Shown here in pieces: positions 30,914 through 40,080 of a stretch of DNA of 64,000 nucleotides. The DNA lies in NCBI GenBank assembly GCA_963823555.1, contig CAWGMA010000001.1, positions 2,048,001-2,112,000 of the forward strand, written 5' to 3'. The notes beneath the pieces were generated by a model, which saw only the letters and a program-made list of their open reading frames with translations, had not been told where the DNA came from and made no database searches. This DNA is from Candidatus Eiseniibacteriota bacterium. GTDB lineage: Bacteria; Eisenbacteria; RBG-16-71-46; CAVPCR01. The translations under genes and the position numbers were made by a program. Every line of letters starts with the position of its first letter. The stretch's first letter is position 1.

Positions 30914-31138
30914 GCGTTGTCCTCGGGTTCCGGTAACCGATCGCGGTCGCGACCGCTCGCAACACGCTTGAGCGGCGGTGAAGAGACGACCGGGTTGCGG
31001 GCGGGCGAATGTCGCCCTGGGACTGCGGTTTCGGGATCAGCCTCCACCCGTGGGGCGGAGCTTCGTTAGCGGTGGGTCCTGGCGGTTTCTTTCGTGGGTA
31101 CGGGATCTCTGGAAGTCACATTGGAACCGGAACTTGAT

Positions 31139-31182
31139 GACCCCTTGAGTATAGATGGTCGGATCCGCTTCGGCAAGGGGTC
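31139..31182 (-). promoter_or_regulatory. Sigma70-type promoter flanked by a 9-bp inverted repeat
   Basis: Minus strand TTGCCG-17 nt-TATACT (31176 to 31148), between GACCCCTTG (31139-31147) and CAAGGGGTC (31174-31182). Confidence 0.5.
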
Positions 31183-31307
31183 GAATGAACGATCCCCGGG
31201 CGATAGGCATTTTCCGCGCTCTGGCGCGAGGTCTCGTGACAGAGCCCTGCCGGGGCTTTTCGCCCACCGGCGCAGTTTCTCATGTCGAGATGATGTGGCC
31301 ACCGCCC

Positions 31308-31382
31308 AAAAAGCGGGAGGCATCCGCCGCTCGCTCGAGCAGGGATGCCTCCCTCTGGGTTCGGGGTGCCGGATCCGGCACC
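31308..31382 (-). terminator. Intrinsic terminator plus adjacent 18-bp palindrome
   Basis: GGGAGGCATCC...GGATGCCTCCC stem followed by GCTTTTT on minus; perfect palindrome GGTGCCGGATCCGGCACC at 31365-31382 just after stop 31392. Confidence 0.65.
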
Positions 31383-31391
31383 GATCGGAGG

Positions 31392-32306
31392 TTACTGCAC
31401 CGCAGGGAACGCCGCAGCAGGAGCCGCCTTCTGGCTGCCGCCCGCCGGAACGTCGAAACGAGCCTTGATGGAGCCCCAAGTGCTCGACTCCACCGCGGTC
31501 GCACCGCGCTCGCGGATGCAGAGGTTGTCGAAGGCCAGGATGCAACCGGGGGTCGAGCCGGCGCCTGCGAACAGGCGGAATCCGGTCATCGGAGCCGTGC
31601 TCCCGGCCGCACCACCCTCGAGGTACCAGTCGGTCGGGTTGAAGGTGACCGTCCCCCCGCCCCCGCTGACGTCCGTCAAGCTGACCTGGGTGATGCGGTT
31701 GGTGGCGAAGTCGACCACCATGCCCGAGCGGAACCAGTAGTTGATGGGCAGGTTCTGCCATTCGGGTCCCGCGAAGGTCCCGGGGGCAGCGATCTGGACG
31801 CCGGCTGCGTCATAGTGCATGAACCCGATGTTGTAGAGCACACCCTCCTGCCCCGTCACCCAGGTATAGATCTGGATGAAATCACCGGTGGCGACGACAG
31901 GCGTGGTCTGCCCGGAGAAGCTGCCGATGTTGTTCGAGGCCGGGGGAGTACCGTTGTAGTTGGCGCAGACGTCGAACGTCATCTCCCAGGGTGCGTTGGT
32001 GAACACCGCATCATGCTGGGCGCGGGCGTAGTTCGTGCCATCACCAGGTCCGCGACCGGCGACGAAGAAGAGCCCGCCGGTCGGGTTGTCCACGATCCCG
32101 TACGGGTTGCCCGTCAAGTAGGTGAACACCTGGAAGTCCACCCCGGACGGGAGGTACCAGCCCTGCTGCCCGGTGAGCGGGAAACCTTCCGGCGCTCCGG
32201 CGTAGTTCTCGAAATCAGTGCAGAACTCGGCGCTTGCGTTCACCGCGAGCAAGCTCGACGCGATTGCGATCGCAATCCAGAACATTCCCCGTTGCAATGA
32301 GGTCAT
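31392..32306 (-). CDS. Secreted hypothetical beta-rich protein with C-terminal TAVESSTWGSIKARF motif
   Basis: AAGGAGG RBS, signal peptide ending ASA, Gly/Thr/Asn/aromatic-rich body. Confidence 0.75.
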   Translation of the reverse strand: MTSLQRGMFWIAIAIASSLLAVNASAEFCTDFENYAGAPEGFPLTGQQGWYLPSGVDFQVFTYLTGNPYGIVDNPTGGLFFVAGRGPGDGTNYARAQHDAVFTNAPWEMTFDVCANYNGTPPASNNIGSFSGQTTPVVATGDFIQIYTWVTGQEGVLYNIGFMHYDAAGVQIAAPGTFAGPEWQNLPINYWFRSGMVVDFATNRITQVSLTDVSGGGGTVTFNPTDWYLEGGAAGSTAPMTGFRLFAGAGSTPGCILAFDNLCIRERGATAVESSTWGSIKARFDVPAGGSQKAAPAAAFPAVQ

Positions 32307-32481
32307 GCTGCTGCCTCCTTCTGGCGCGTGTATAGGGTCGGCCGAGCGCGGAAGCTCGGAGATTCGGAACCTCCCGGCCCATGAGGTCAAGGCCGGACAC
32401 GCGGTTTCCTCCCCTGCCCATCCGTGGCTACGAACAGCGGGGGACCCACGAGCCCAACCTCTCCCCCTTTCGTAATTGCCT

Positions 32482-32510
32482 ACTGTAACATATGGTTACA
32501 GATTTGTCAC
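32482..32510 (-). promoter_or_regulatory. Promoter overlapped by palindromic operator CTGTAAC-N5-GTTACAG
   Basis: Minus strand GTGACA-17 nt-TACAGT with extended TG; perfect inverted repeat at 32483-32501 within an AT-rich island. Confidence 0.55.
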
Positions 32511-32529
32511 GCCCTATCTCGATCCTCCC

Positions 32530-34842
32530 CTATCTCACCAGGACCATGCGCCGCGCCTCTCGCCGTCCGCCCTGATCCATCTCGTAGACATAGACTCCGC
32601 TGGCGACCTGGCGGCCCCCTTCGTCCTGCCCGTCCCAAACCACCTCGTGGTCCCCAGATACCAGCTGATCGTCGATGAGACGGCGGATGCGCCGGCCATG
32701 GAGATCCACGATGGTGAGCGTGACCGGGACCGGTGCGCTGCCGGCCACGGTGAAGCGAATGGTGGTCCGGGGATTGAAGGGGTTGGGCCGGTTCTGATCG
32801 AGCAAGGCGAGCGGAGGTGCCGGTCGAGGGCTGGTCTGGGCCACGGCGATCGGCCCCGCATCCGGGGCGTTCACCACCGCGGCGAAGGTCTGCGGCCCCG
32901 AGGGCACGAGGTGGCCCTCGACCTCGAGCCGCCAGCGACCGGGCAGGGGGTCCGTAACCTCCACCATCTCGCTCGGGTCGCGGCGGTTGATGCCGCGCTC
33001 GGCCGGAGCCGCTGGAAAGAGCCGATCCAGCACGAAGGGCCGGTGCACCTGCCCGTCCGGGTCGACCAGGCGAAGATCGAGATCGTTGACCAGGGCCGAG
33101 AGGGCGAGGGGTTCTCCCGGCGGATCGTCCCAGGCCAGGACGGCGCGGAGCGGCGCCTGCCCGGGAGGAACGTCGAAGCTACGGACCGCGAGCCCGCCAT
33201 GATCGATCGCGTCCTCGAGGATCAGACCGCCATCGACGAGGGCCACCGCGGCGCTCGCATCGACGAGCCCGTACCCGTAGGTATAGTCGGGGCCAGGATT
33301 CCCGAGATCCTCGGCCGAACAGGCGAGCAGCGCCTTCATCGCGGCCGGGAGCGTGATCACCCCGCGCTCGGATGAACGCATGCGCTCGAGGACGAGGGCC
33401 GCCACTCCGGCTGCCGCCGGTGTGGCCATCGATGTTCCGCAGTAGACCGTGTATCCGCTGCACGAACGCGTCGACGTGATGCCGCGGTCCCCGCCCCGCT
33501 GGCAGCCCGGAGCGACGAGGTCCGGCCGCATCCGACCGTCGTCCACGGGGCCCAGGCTCGAGAAGCTGGACACTTCCCCGGTGTCCGAGTCGATCGCGCC
33601 GACGACGATCGCGTTCTTGGCGGCGGCCGGAACACCGATCGTGTAGAAGTCCGCACCGCACAGCGCCTCTCCCGAACGTTCGTTGCCAGCCGCCCAGAAG
33701 GAGAGGAACGGGCGGCCCAGAGCCCCGGCGGCGATGGCATCGATGAGCCGTGCGGTGTTCTCGTAGTCTCCGAGATAGTCGCAGTCATAGCCGTTCGCAG
33801 CGACGTTGGCGCCGATCGAGTTGGAAGCCAGATCGGCGCCGTGCAGGAGAATCGCCTCGCCATAGTTGTCGGCGAGATCCTGTGGATTGTTGTAGAGGCA
33901 GATCGGGGAGCAGGATTCGTACGCGTAGGAGATGATGCCGGCACCCGGAGCGACCCCGCGGTAGAGCCCACTCGACGCTGCACCACGACCGGCCAGGGTC
34001 CCCGCAACATGGGTGGCGTGAGTGGCCTGCAACCCATCCTCGCCCACGGTCACGCGAGGAGAGAGGTCGGGTTGCGTGGGACAGACCATGCCACCGTCGT
34101 AGACGAGGACCTCGACCCCGCTGCCATCGAGGCCGAACGGCGGAGCCTGGACGGAATCGGCGTGGAGCACGCGTCGGACCTCGTCGTTGAGATCCCGGAA
34201 CCCGGGGGATACAGGTTCGATCCACTTGACGGCTGCGAGCGCGGCGAGACGGGCGACGTCTTGGGGCGAGACGGCAACGATGAGCGCGTTGAGATGTCGG
34301 ATCTCCCCGCGTACCTCGGCGCCTGCAGCCGCGACCTGGACCGCTCCATCGGCGAGCGTGATATCACCATGGAACTCGACGACGACGGCCGCCTGTCCCC
34401 CACCGAGACGCGCGGGAACCGGCGGCAAACGACCGGGCGCCAGGGCGCCGGCCACCTTGTCATCCGCCGACAGCACGCCGAGCCAGGTCACGCCGAGCGC
34501 GCTGAGCGTGCTCACATCAGCACCAGGACGCAGCTGCGCCACGAAGGCATTCTCCGGCACGTAACCGGCGAGCACGAGGCCATGCCGAGCGAGCTCGTTG
34601 CGCCGAGTTCGGTCAGGCACCGCATCGAGCTGCACCAGGACGCGCAGGCCACCGGGGCCGTGCCTTCCGGCTTCTTCCACGGCCCGGACCATGAGCGCGC
34701 GATCGCTCGCCGCATCGGACCCGGGCTGGATGGTACGCGCACGGAGGTGGATGGCCGGCGCGGCCGATCCGGACACCCGAAAGCCGAACAGGCCGACGGC
34801 AGCGGCAACGAACGTGACCACGACGCTCTGGTTCCTTCTCAC
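32530..34842 (-). CDS. S8 subtilisin-family serine peptidase with FlgD-Ig/T9SS-type CTD
   Basis: Catalytic D (VYDGG), H (HATHVAGT), N (AAGNE), S (GTSMATP); C-terminus NRPNPFNP...WDGQDEGGRQVASGVY. Confidence 0.9.
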   Translation of the reverse strand: MRRNQSVVVTFVAAAVGLFGFRVSGSAAPAIHLRARTIQPGSDAASDRALMVRAVEEAGRHGPGGLRVLVQLDAVPDRTRRNELARHGLVLAGYVPENAFVAQLRPGADVSTLSALGVTWLGVLSADDKVAGALAPGRLPPVPARLGGGQAAVVVEFHGDITLADGAVQVAAAGAEVRGEIRHLNALIVAVSPQDVARLAALAAVKWIEPVSPGFRDLNDEVRRVLHADSVQAPPFGLDGSGVEVLVYDGGMVCPTQPDLSPRVTVGEDGLQATHATHVAGTLAGRGAASSGLYRGVAPGAGIISYAYESCSPICLYNNPQDLADNYGEAILLHGADLASNSIGANVAANGYDCDYLGDYENTARLIDAIAAGALGRPFLSFWAAGNERSGEALCGADFYTIGVPAAAKNAIVVGAIDSDTGEVSSFSSLGPVDDGRMRPDLVAPGCQRGGDRGITSTRSCSGYTVYCGTSMATPAAAGVAALVLERMRSSERGVITLPAAMKALLACSAEDLGNPGPDYTYGYGLVDASAAVALVDGGLILEDAIDHGGLAVRSFDVPPGQAPLRAVLAWDDPPGEPLALSALVNDLDLRLVDPDGQVHRPFVLDRLFPAAPAERGINRRDPSEMVEVTDPLPGRWRLEVEGHLVPSGPQTFAAVVNAPDAGPIAVAQTSPRPAPPLALLDQNRPNPFNPRTTIRFTVAGSAPVPVTLTIVDLHGRRIRRLIDDQLVSGDHEVVWDGQDEGGRQVASGVYVYEMDQGGRREARRMVLVR

Positions 34843-35082
34843 CAGCGCTCCTCATCTCTGGGGTGAATGCCCCGGCCCGGGCGCGAGCGGGCCCAGATCC
34901 GTCCGCCGGCGTGGAGGCCGAAAGCCCGGCTGAACCCGAAGCCTCTCAAGCACCTATGGCTGGAGGAACCGGCCTCGGGCGACCCGTGCCGGCATCACGA
35001 ACGACGGGGCGAGAAGGATGAGGAGCAACTCCGCGGCCAGGGGAAGAGAGCCCCGCCGGCGGGCGGAAACCCGGCTATCAAG

Positions 35083-35114
35083 GCAAAAGGGGCTTCCCGG
35101 AGGAAGCCCCTTGC
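35083..35114 (-). terminator. Intrinsic terminator
   Basis: AAGGGGCTTCC-CGGA-GGAAGCCCCTT hairpin with T-run on minus, about 25 nt after stop 35140. Confidence 0.7.
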
Positions 35115-35139
35115 ATCGGTCAGATGGACCTGGCGGCCG

Positions 35140-35832
35140 TCACTCGCTGCGGAAGACAGCCTTCAAGCTGCCCCAGGTCGTCGGCTCGACGGCGGTCGCG
35201 CCCTCGAGCGTGAACTGGGTGACGTAACCGTCATCGCCGTTCGAGGAGCCGGAGGTGGCGTTGGGATTGCCGAGCGCCCACAGCCGGTCGGTGTAGGGCG
35301 TCCCGCCCTGGCCGAGGCCGGTGCCGGCCGAATCGAACTGGGTGGTCGAAGCCGGGCCGAAGACCTTGATCTCGATCAGCAGGTTCTGCGCGCCGTTGTA
35401 CACGAACGCATCCTGGATATCGAGCACGATGTCGAACCCGGAGCCCGAGCTCGAGAGGTTGAGGAATCCATCGAACACGAGCGTCACGTCGGAACCGAGG
35501 TTGTCGGCGAAGTTGAGGCTCATGTTGTTCGGACCCGCTGTCGTGTGGCAGAGGCGGATCTCGGTGTCGATGGCATTCGAGACGAACGGACCCCCGGCGC
35601 TCTCGTCGACACGGTACGCGACCTGGGTCACGACGCCCGTCAGTCCCTGGAACTGGTCCGCGGCGTACACCTGCTGGTAACGCATCGTCCCCTCGTTGAA
35701 GGGGAAAGCCTGGTTGGATGGACCCGGCTGATTCTCGTTGATGTTGGGAATCACGACGGTAGAGGCGATCGCGGGCAAGGACAGGAACATGGCCGCGATG
35801 ACGAGGACGGTGATGCGCGCACTATTGGACAT
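35140..35832 (-). CDS. Secreted hypothetical protein with C-terminal TAVEPTTWGSLKAVF motif
   Basis: GGAGG RBS; signal peptide; RYQQVY...FVYNGAQNLLIEI beta-sandwich-like body. Confidence 0.78.
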   Translation of the reverse strand: MSNSARITVLVIAAMFLSLPAIASTVVIPNINENQPGPSNQAFPFNEGTMRYQQVYAADQFQGLTGVVTQVAYRVDESAGGPFVSNAIDTEIRLCHTTAGPNNMSLNFADNLGSDVTLVFDGFLNLSSSGSGFDIVLDIQDAFVYNGAQNLLIEIKVFGPASTTQFDSAGTGLGQGGTPYTDRLWALGNPNATSGSSNGDDGYVTQFTLEGATAVEPTTWGSLKAVFRSE

Positions 35833-35971
35833 GGGGGCCTCCCTGGCTATCGATGCGACCCCGCTGCGATGGAGCGAAGCCGCTGGTGGATTCCTTCCTC
35901 GGAGGTGCGGGGGGCGGGCCGGGCCCGTCAACGGGCGTGGGCCCGCGATCCGCAGATCAGACTAACAGCGG

Positions 35972-36000
35972 TTTATACCACATCTTACGGTGCTTCTCAA
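35972..36000 (-). promoter_or_regulatory. Sigma70-type promoter
   Basis: TTGAGA-17 nt-TATAAA with extended -10 TG. Confidence 0.55.
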
Positions 36001-36016
36001 GCCGTTTCCCACCCCG

Positions 36017-37543
36017 TCAGGCGAGCGACTCCAGGTATCGCGAGAGGATCCGCACGCCGAACCCGGCGGCTCCTGTCTTCAGGTAGTCGCGATCCTTCTC
36101 CACCCACGCGGTGCCGGCGATATCGAGATGCGCCCAGGACCGATCGCCGGCGAAGGGCTTGAGGAAGGCCGCCGCGGTGAGCGCTCCGGCTCCCGCTCGC
36201 CCGCCCGTGTTCTTGAGATCAGCCACCTCGCTCTGGATATCGTCGGTGTACTCGTCGAATAGCGGAAGCGGCCAGGCGCGCTCGCCGCTCATGTCTCCCG
36301 CCGCGCGCAGCGCATCGATGAGCGTAGGATCGTTTCCGGTAAGACCGCAAGCCACCGTTCCGAGCGCGATGCGACAGGCGCCGGTCAGAGTGGCGATATC
36401 GACGATGGCATCGGGTTCGAGTCCGGCGGCGAAGGCGATGCCGTCGGCCAGAATCAACCGGCCTTCGGCGTCGGTGTTCACCACTTCCACCGACTTGCCG
36501 GCGAAGGTGAGGAGAATATCGCCGGGCTTGATGGCCGTCCCGCTCGGCATGTTCTCGACGGTGGGGATGACCCCCGTGACCTGGAATGGAAGGTCGAGGA
36601 TCGATGCGGCCCGGAGCGTACCGAGTACGGCCGCTGCCCCCGACATGTCGTACTTCATCCGTTCCATGTCCTCGCGTGGCTTGAGACTGATGCCGCCCGT
36701 GTCGAAGGTCACACCCTTGCCGACGAGGGCCACGTGCCGGCGGCGCCCGCCGGAGGCGCGCCGCTCACCGCGGGGACGATGCTGCAGCACGATGAAACGT
36801 GGCGGCTCCGTCGAGCCTTGCGCCACACCGAGGACCCCACCCATCCTGCGCTCGCGGATCCACTTCTCATCGAAGACGGAGACCTTGAGTCGCGTGTCGC
36901 TGCCGACACGGACGGCCTCGTCGGCGAGCTTCCGCGGGGGAAGCTGGTTGCCCGGGAGTTCCGCCAGACGGCGCGCCAGATTGGTGCTCTCGGCCACGGT
37001 CGCGGCTCGAGCCACCGCCGCGCTCAGCTCGGGCGGCACGGCCCGCGCCCCGGGGTGGAGGAGCCGCACGTCGGCGAGCCTCCCCTTGCCGTTCGCCGCC
37101 ATGGCCTTCTCGCCGAAGGCGGGCGTGCGGTAGACGGCAAGGACCGCAGCTTCCGCCACGGCCCGCGCCTGATCGGGATCGCTGCGCCGGGAAGCGCCGA
37201 GATGAAGGAGGAAGGTCGCCTCGCGGGCCCGGCCCTCGTCGAGCCAGCGCACGACGCGTCCAGTGGCGCGGCGAAGCCTCTCCAGATCGAGGCCCTCCGG
37301 CTTGCCGAGACCAACCAGCACGACGCGCTCGGCGCGGATCCGCCCTCGGCCATCGATCACGGTGACCTCACCGAGCTTGCCACGGACATCTCCGGCCTTG
37401 AGCCGCGCGGCGATGGCACCATCGAGAAGCCCATTCACCGCCACCGTCCAGGGCGGCTGACCTTCGCTCTGTTCGAGAACACCGAGCACCAAGGCCTCGG
37501 TATCGACATGCCCGGGCTCCCCACTCCTGATCTCGATATTCAT
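36017..37543 (-). CDS. pepA: Leucyl aminopeptidase (M17)
   Basis: VGKGVTFDTGGISLK, MKYDMSGAA, NTDAEGRLILAD, WAHLDIAG. Confidence 0.95.
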   Translation of the reverse strand: MNIEIRSGEPGHVDTEALVLGVLEQSEGQPPWTVAVNGLLDGAIAARLKAGDVRGKLGEVTVIDGRGRIRAERVVLVGLGKPEGLDLERLRRATGRVVRWLDEGRAREATFLLHLGASRRSDPDQARAVAEAAVLAVYRTPAFGEKAMAANGKGRLADVRLLHPGARAVPPELSAAVARAATVAESTNLARRLAELPGNQLPPRKLADEAVRVGSDTRLKVSVFDEKWIRERRMGGVLGVAQGSTEPPRFIVLQHRPRGERRASGGRRRHVALVGKGVTFDTGGISLKPREDMERMKYDMSGAAAVLGTLRAASILDLPFQVTGVIPTVENMPSGTAIKPGDILLTFAGKSVEVVNTDAEGRLILADGIAFAAGLEPDAIVDIATLTGACRIALGTVACGLTGNDPTLIDALRAAGDMSGERAWPLPLFDEYTDDIQSEVADLKNTGGRAGAGALTAAAFLKPFAGDRSWAHLDIAGTAWVEKDRDYLKTGAAGFGVRILSRYLESLA

Positions 37544-37610
37544 GATTCCCCCTTGCTCACCGCCGGCCGGACTATCTCTTGGAGACCTGTGGCAACGCTC
37601 GTGACAGCGA

Positions 37611-37952
37611 TCATTCGGGCTCATGCTCGTCGGTGAACAGACGGCCGAAGATCGTGCTGACATCGGCATCCGTACCGAGCGACTCGAGGTGCGTGGACAA
37701 GCGTCGGCGAATCTCGCCCGTGCGCTCGAGAACTTCTCGCTCCTCGAGCACGCCGCGTTCACAGAGGATTCCGATCATCGCCAGGTTGAAAGCCATACAG
37801 CTCGCCATCCATCGCATGAACGAACGCTGGTCATCGGCCTGGCGGGTCATGATCGAGTCGAATTCGGACCCCATCACCTCGCTGACGACGCGCCCGAGCT
37901 TGTCGACCTCCTCGCGGAGCTTCTGTACTTCGGATTGAGGCTCTTGTGCCAT
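37611..37952 (-). CDS. Hypothetical helical protein
   Basis: Coding-like composition with a coiled-coil N-terminus; upstream TTGACT-17 nt-CAGAAT promoter-like element at about 38050-38078. Confidence 0.6.
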   Translation of the reverse strand: MAQEPQSEVQKLREEVDKLGRVVSEVMGSEFDSIMTRQADDQRSFMRWMASCMAFNLAMIGILCERGVLEEREVLERTGEIRRRLSTHLESLGTDADVSTIFGRLFTDEHEPE

Positions 37953-38177
37953 GCTCTGCCTCATCGCAAGAGCCTGCCGGCTCCCGCATCATGCGTGACC
38001 CACCACAACGGCATCGCCTGCGTCGCGCAAGGAAATGACCCTTGGCGACATTCTGGCCGCCATGGAGAATCAAGTCAAGCGACGCGCCGGGCCCGGTCTG
38101 CAGCCCTGACCGGCACCCTCGAGCATACCGGCGCTCCGATCATTTGCCTGGCCGAACGGCGGGCGCCACCGCTAACA

Positions 38178-39838
38178 TGATGACTCAGCGCAGCGGAGCG
38201 CGGCGGAAGGAGTTCCAAGTGACGGCAACCGGTCTCTCCAATCTGGAATCACTCGACGGCAACAAGTGCGTGCTCCTGTCAGCCCCGCGCGTGCTTGCCG
38301 AGAGTGGAACGACAGACGCCGTGCTCCTGGCCGGCGAACGGATCCAGGCGATCGGCCACGAGGCACGGCAGGCCGCTGCCGATGCCCCGCGGCACACATG
38401 TCGCGAGATCTCGCTCCCGGGTCTCGTCGTCGCTCCGGGGTTCATCGATGCTCACACTCATCTCGTGCATCAGGGTTTTGGTCTGGCCCGCCCCGAGCTC
38501 GGTGACCTCAGCTCTTCGGCCGACGTCCTCGCCCGGGTGGCCGCCGCGCTGGAACGACATGATCCGGATCGCGCCCTGATCGGCGAGCACTGGGATGACG
38601 GCGCGTGGATGCCTGGGGATCGCCTCACTCGAGAGGCCCTCGACCGTCTGGCACCGCGCACTCCCGTGATCCTGCGTCGTGTGTGCGGTCACAAGGCCAT
38701 CGCCAACAGCGTTGCCCTCGACCGTCTGGCAGCGGATCCCAGGGGCGCCCGGTACGCCACGCAGGGGTTCGTCGAGGCGACGACCGGCGAGATTCTCGAA
38801 GATGCCGCCATGCGTCTCGCCGAGCTGTTCCCGCCAGGTGCGGATGAAGTGGCGCAAGCCCTGGAGCTCGCCCTGGCGCATGCCGCCCGCCTGGGCGTGA
38901 CTTCAGCCCACGATATCGTCAACCGGCACGCCCTGCGCGCGCAGATGGCCGCTCGCGCCCGGGGAGCGCTCACCCTCCGCATCACAGCCTATGTCCCCCT
39001 GGACCATCTCCCCGCCCTCGAGATGCTCGGGATCATGAGCGGGCTCGGTGATCAGTTCTTCCGCCTCGGCGGCGTCAAGCTCTTTCTGGACGGCTCGATG
39101 GGCGCGCGCACGGCTGCGCTCCGGAATCACTATGCCGACCGCCCCGATACGTGCGGCACCCTCCTCATCGACGAGGAAACCCTCACCCCGCTCCTCCGTC
39201 GCCTGGACGCTCTGGGCATGACGGCCGCAATGCACGCCATCGGAGACCGCGCCATCGCCGCCGCGCTGGCCGCGCTCGAAGACCTGGGCTCCGAGCAGGT
39301 ACGTGCGCGCGGCCATCGGCTCGAACATCTCGAACTCCTTCCCGACGACCTTCTCGCGCGCATGGCGCGCTCGGGTGCGATCGCGTCGATGCAGCCCAAC
39401 TTCGTCGCCCGCTGGGCGGGGTCGGGCGGCATGTACGAGCGCGCGGTGGGCCCCGCGCGCCTGGCCGCCATGAATCGGTTCCGGAGCCTCCTCCAGCGCG
39501 GGGTGCCCCTCGCCTTCGGCTCGGACTCGATGCCGATGGGGCCCTTCCTCGGCCTCGCCGGCGCGGTGAACCATCCGATCGCAGCCGAGCGACTTTCCCC
39601 CGTGGACGCCCTTCTCGCCTACACGCGTGGCGGAACGTGTGCGGCGAGGCAAGATCAAGTAACCGGCGTTATCGCCGCCGGTCGGCTCGCTGATCTCGTT
39701 GTCATTCAGGGTGACCCATTGGATGGCGGCCGCCTCGAGAATTGCCGCGTCGCGGCCACGATCGTTGGCGGACGCACCGTCTTCGCCGACCACGCGCTCC
39801 TGGCCACAACCCAGGCCGGCGCCGCGATCGCCCCATGA
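38178..39838 (+). CDS. Amidohydrolase 3 (YtcJ-like)
   Basis: PGFIDAHTH, RVCGHKAIANS, KLFLDGSMGARTA, HAIGDRA, RLEH, FGSD. Confidence 0.9.
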
Positions 39839-40080
39839 ATCCGGCCGCAGAGGAACGTGCGGCCGTCGAGCTTCGCCTGGCAGCCGAGCGCATCTGCACC
39901 CTCATCCTGACCGCCGACTATCCCGAGATCGACATCGAGATCGAGAAGGCGAATCTCAAACGGCGCGTGCGGGCGCTCTTCCCCGACAAGGTCGGGCTCT
40001 ACGAGATGATCTACGAAAGCCGGTTTCGCCGACTGTGGGAGCAGTGGCGGGAGCCGCGGCGAGCCCCTGAGCGCGACTAG
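39835..40080 (+). CDS. Small hypothetical protein (81 aa), translationally coupled to the amidohydrolase
   Basis: ATGA overlap at 39835-39838; ERICTLILTADYPEIDIEIE...FPDKVGLYEMIYESRFRRLWEQW. Confidence 0.7.
   Translation: MNPAAEERAAVELRLAAERICTLILTADYPEIDIEIEKANLKRRVRALFPDKVGLYEMIYESRFRRLWEQWREPRRAPERD

Noticed and set aside
34843..35082. Intergenic stretch with short hairpins, as a possible ncRNA
   Set aside because: No known RNA motif is recognisable, and hairpins are expected at this GC content.
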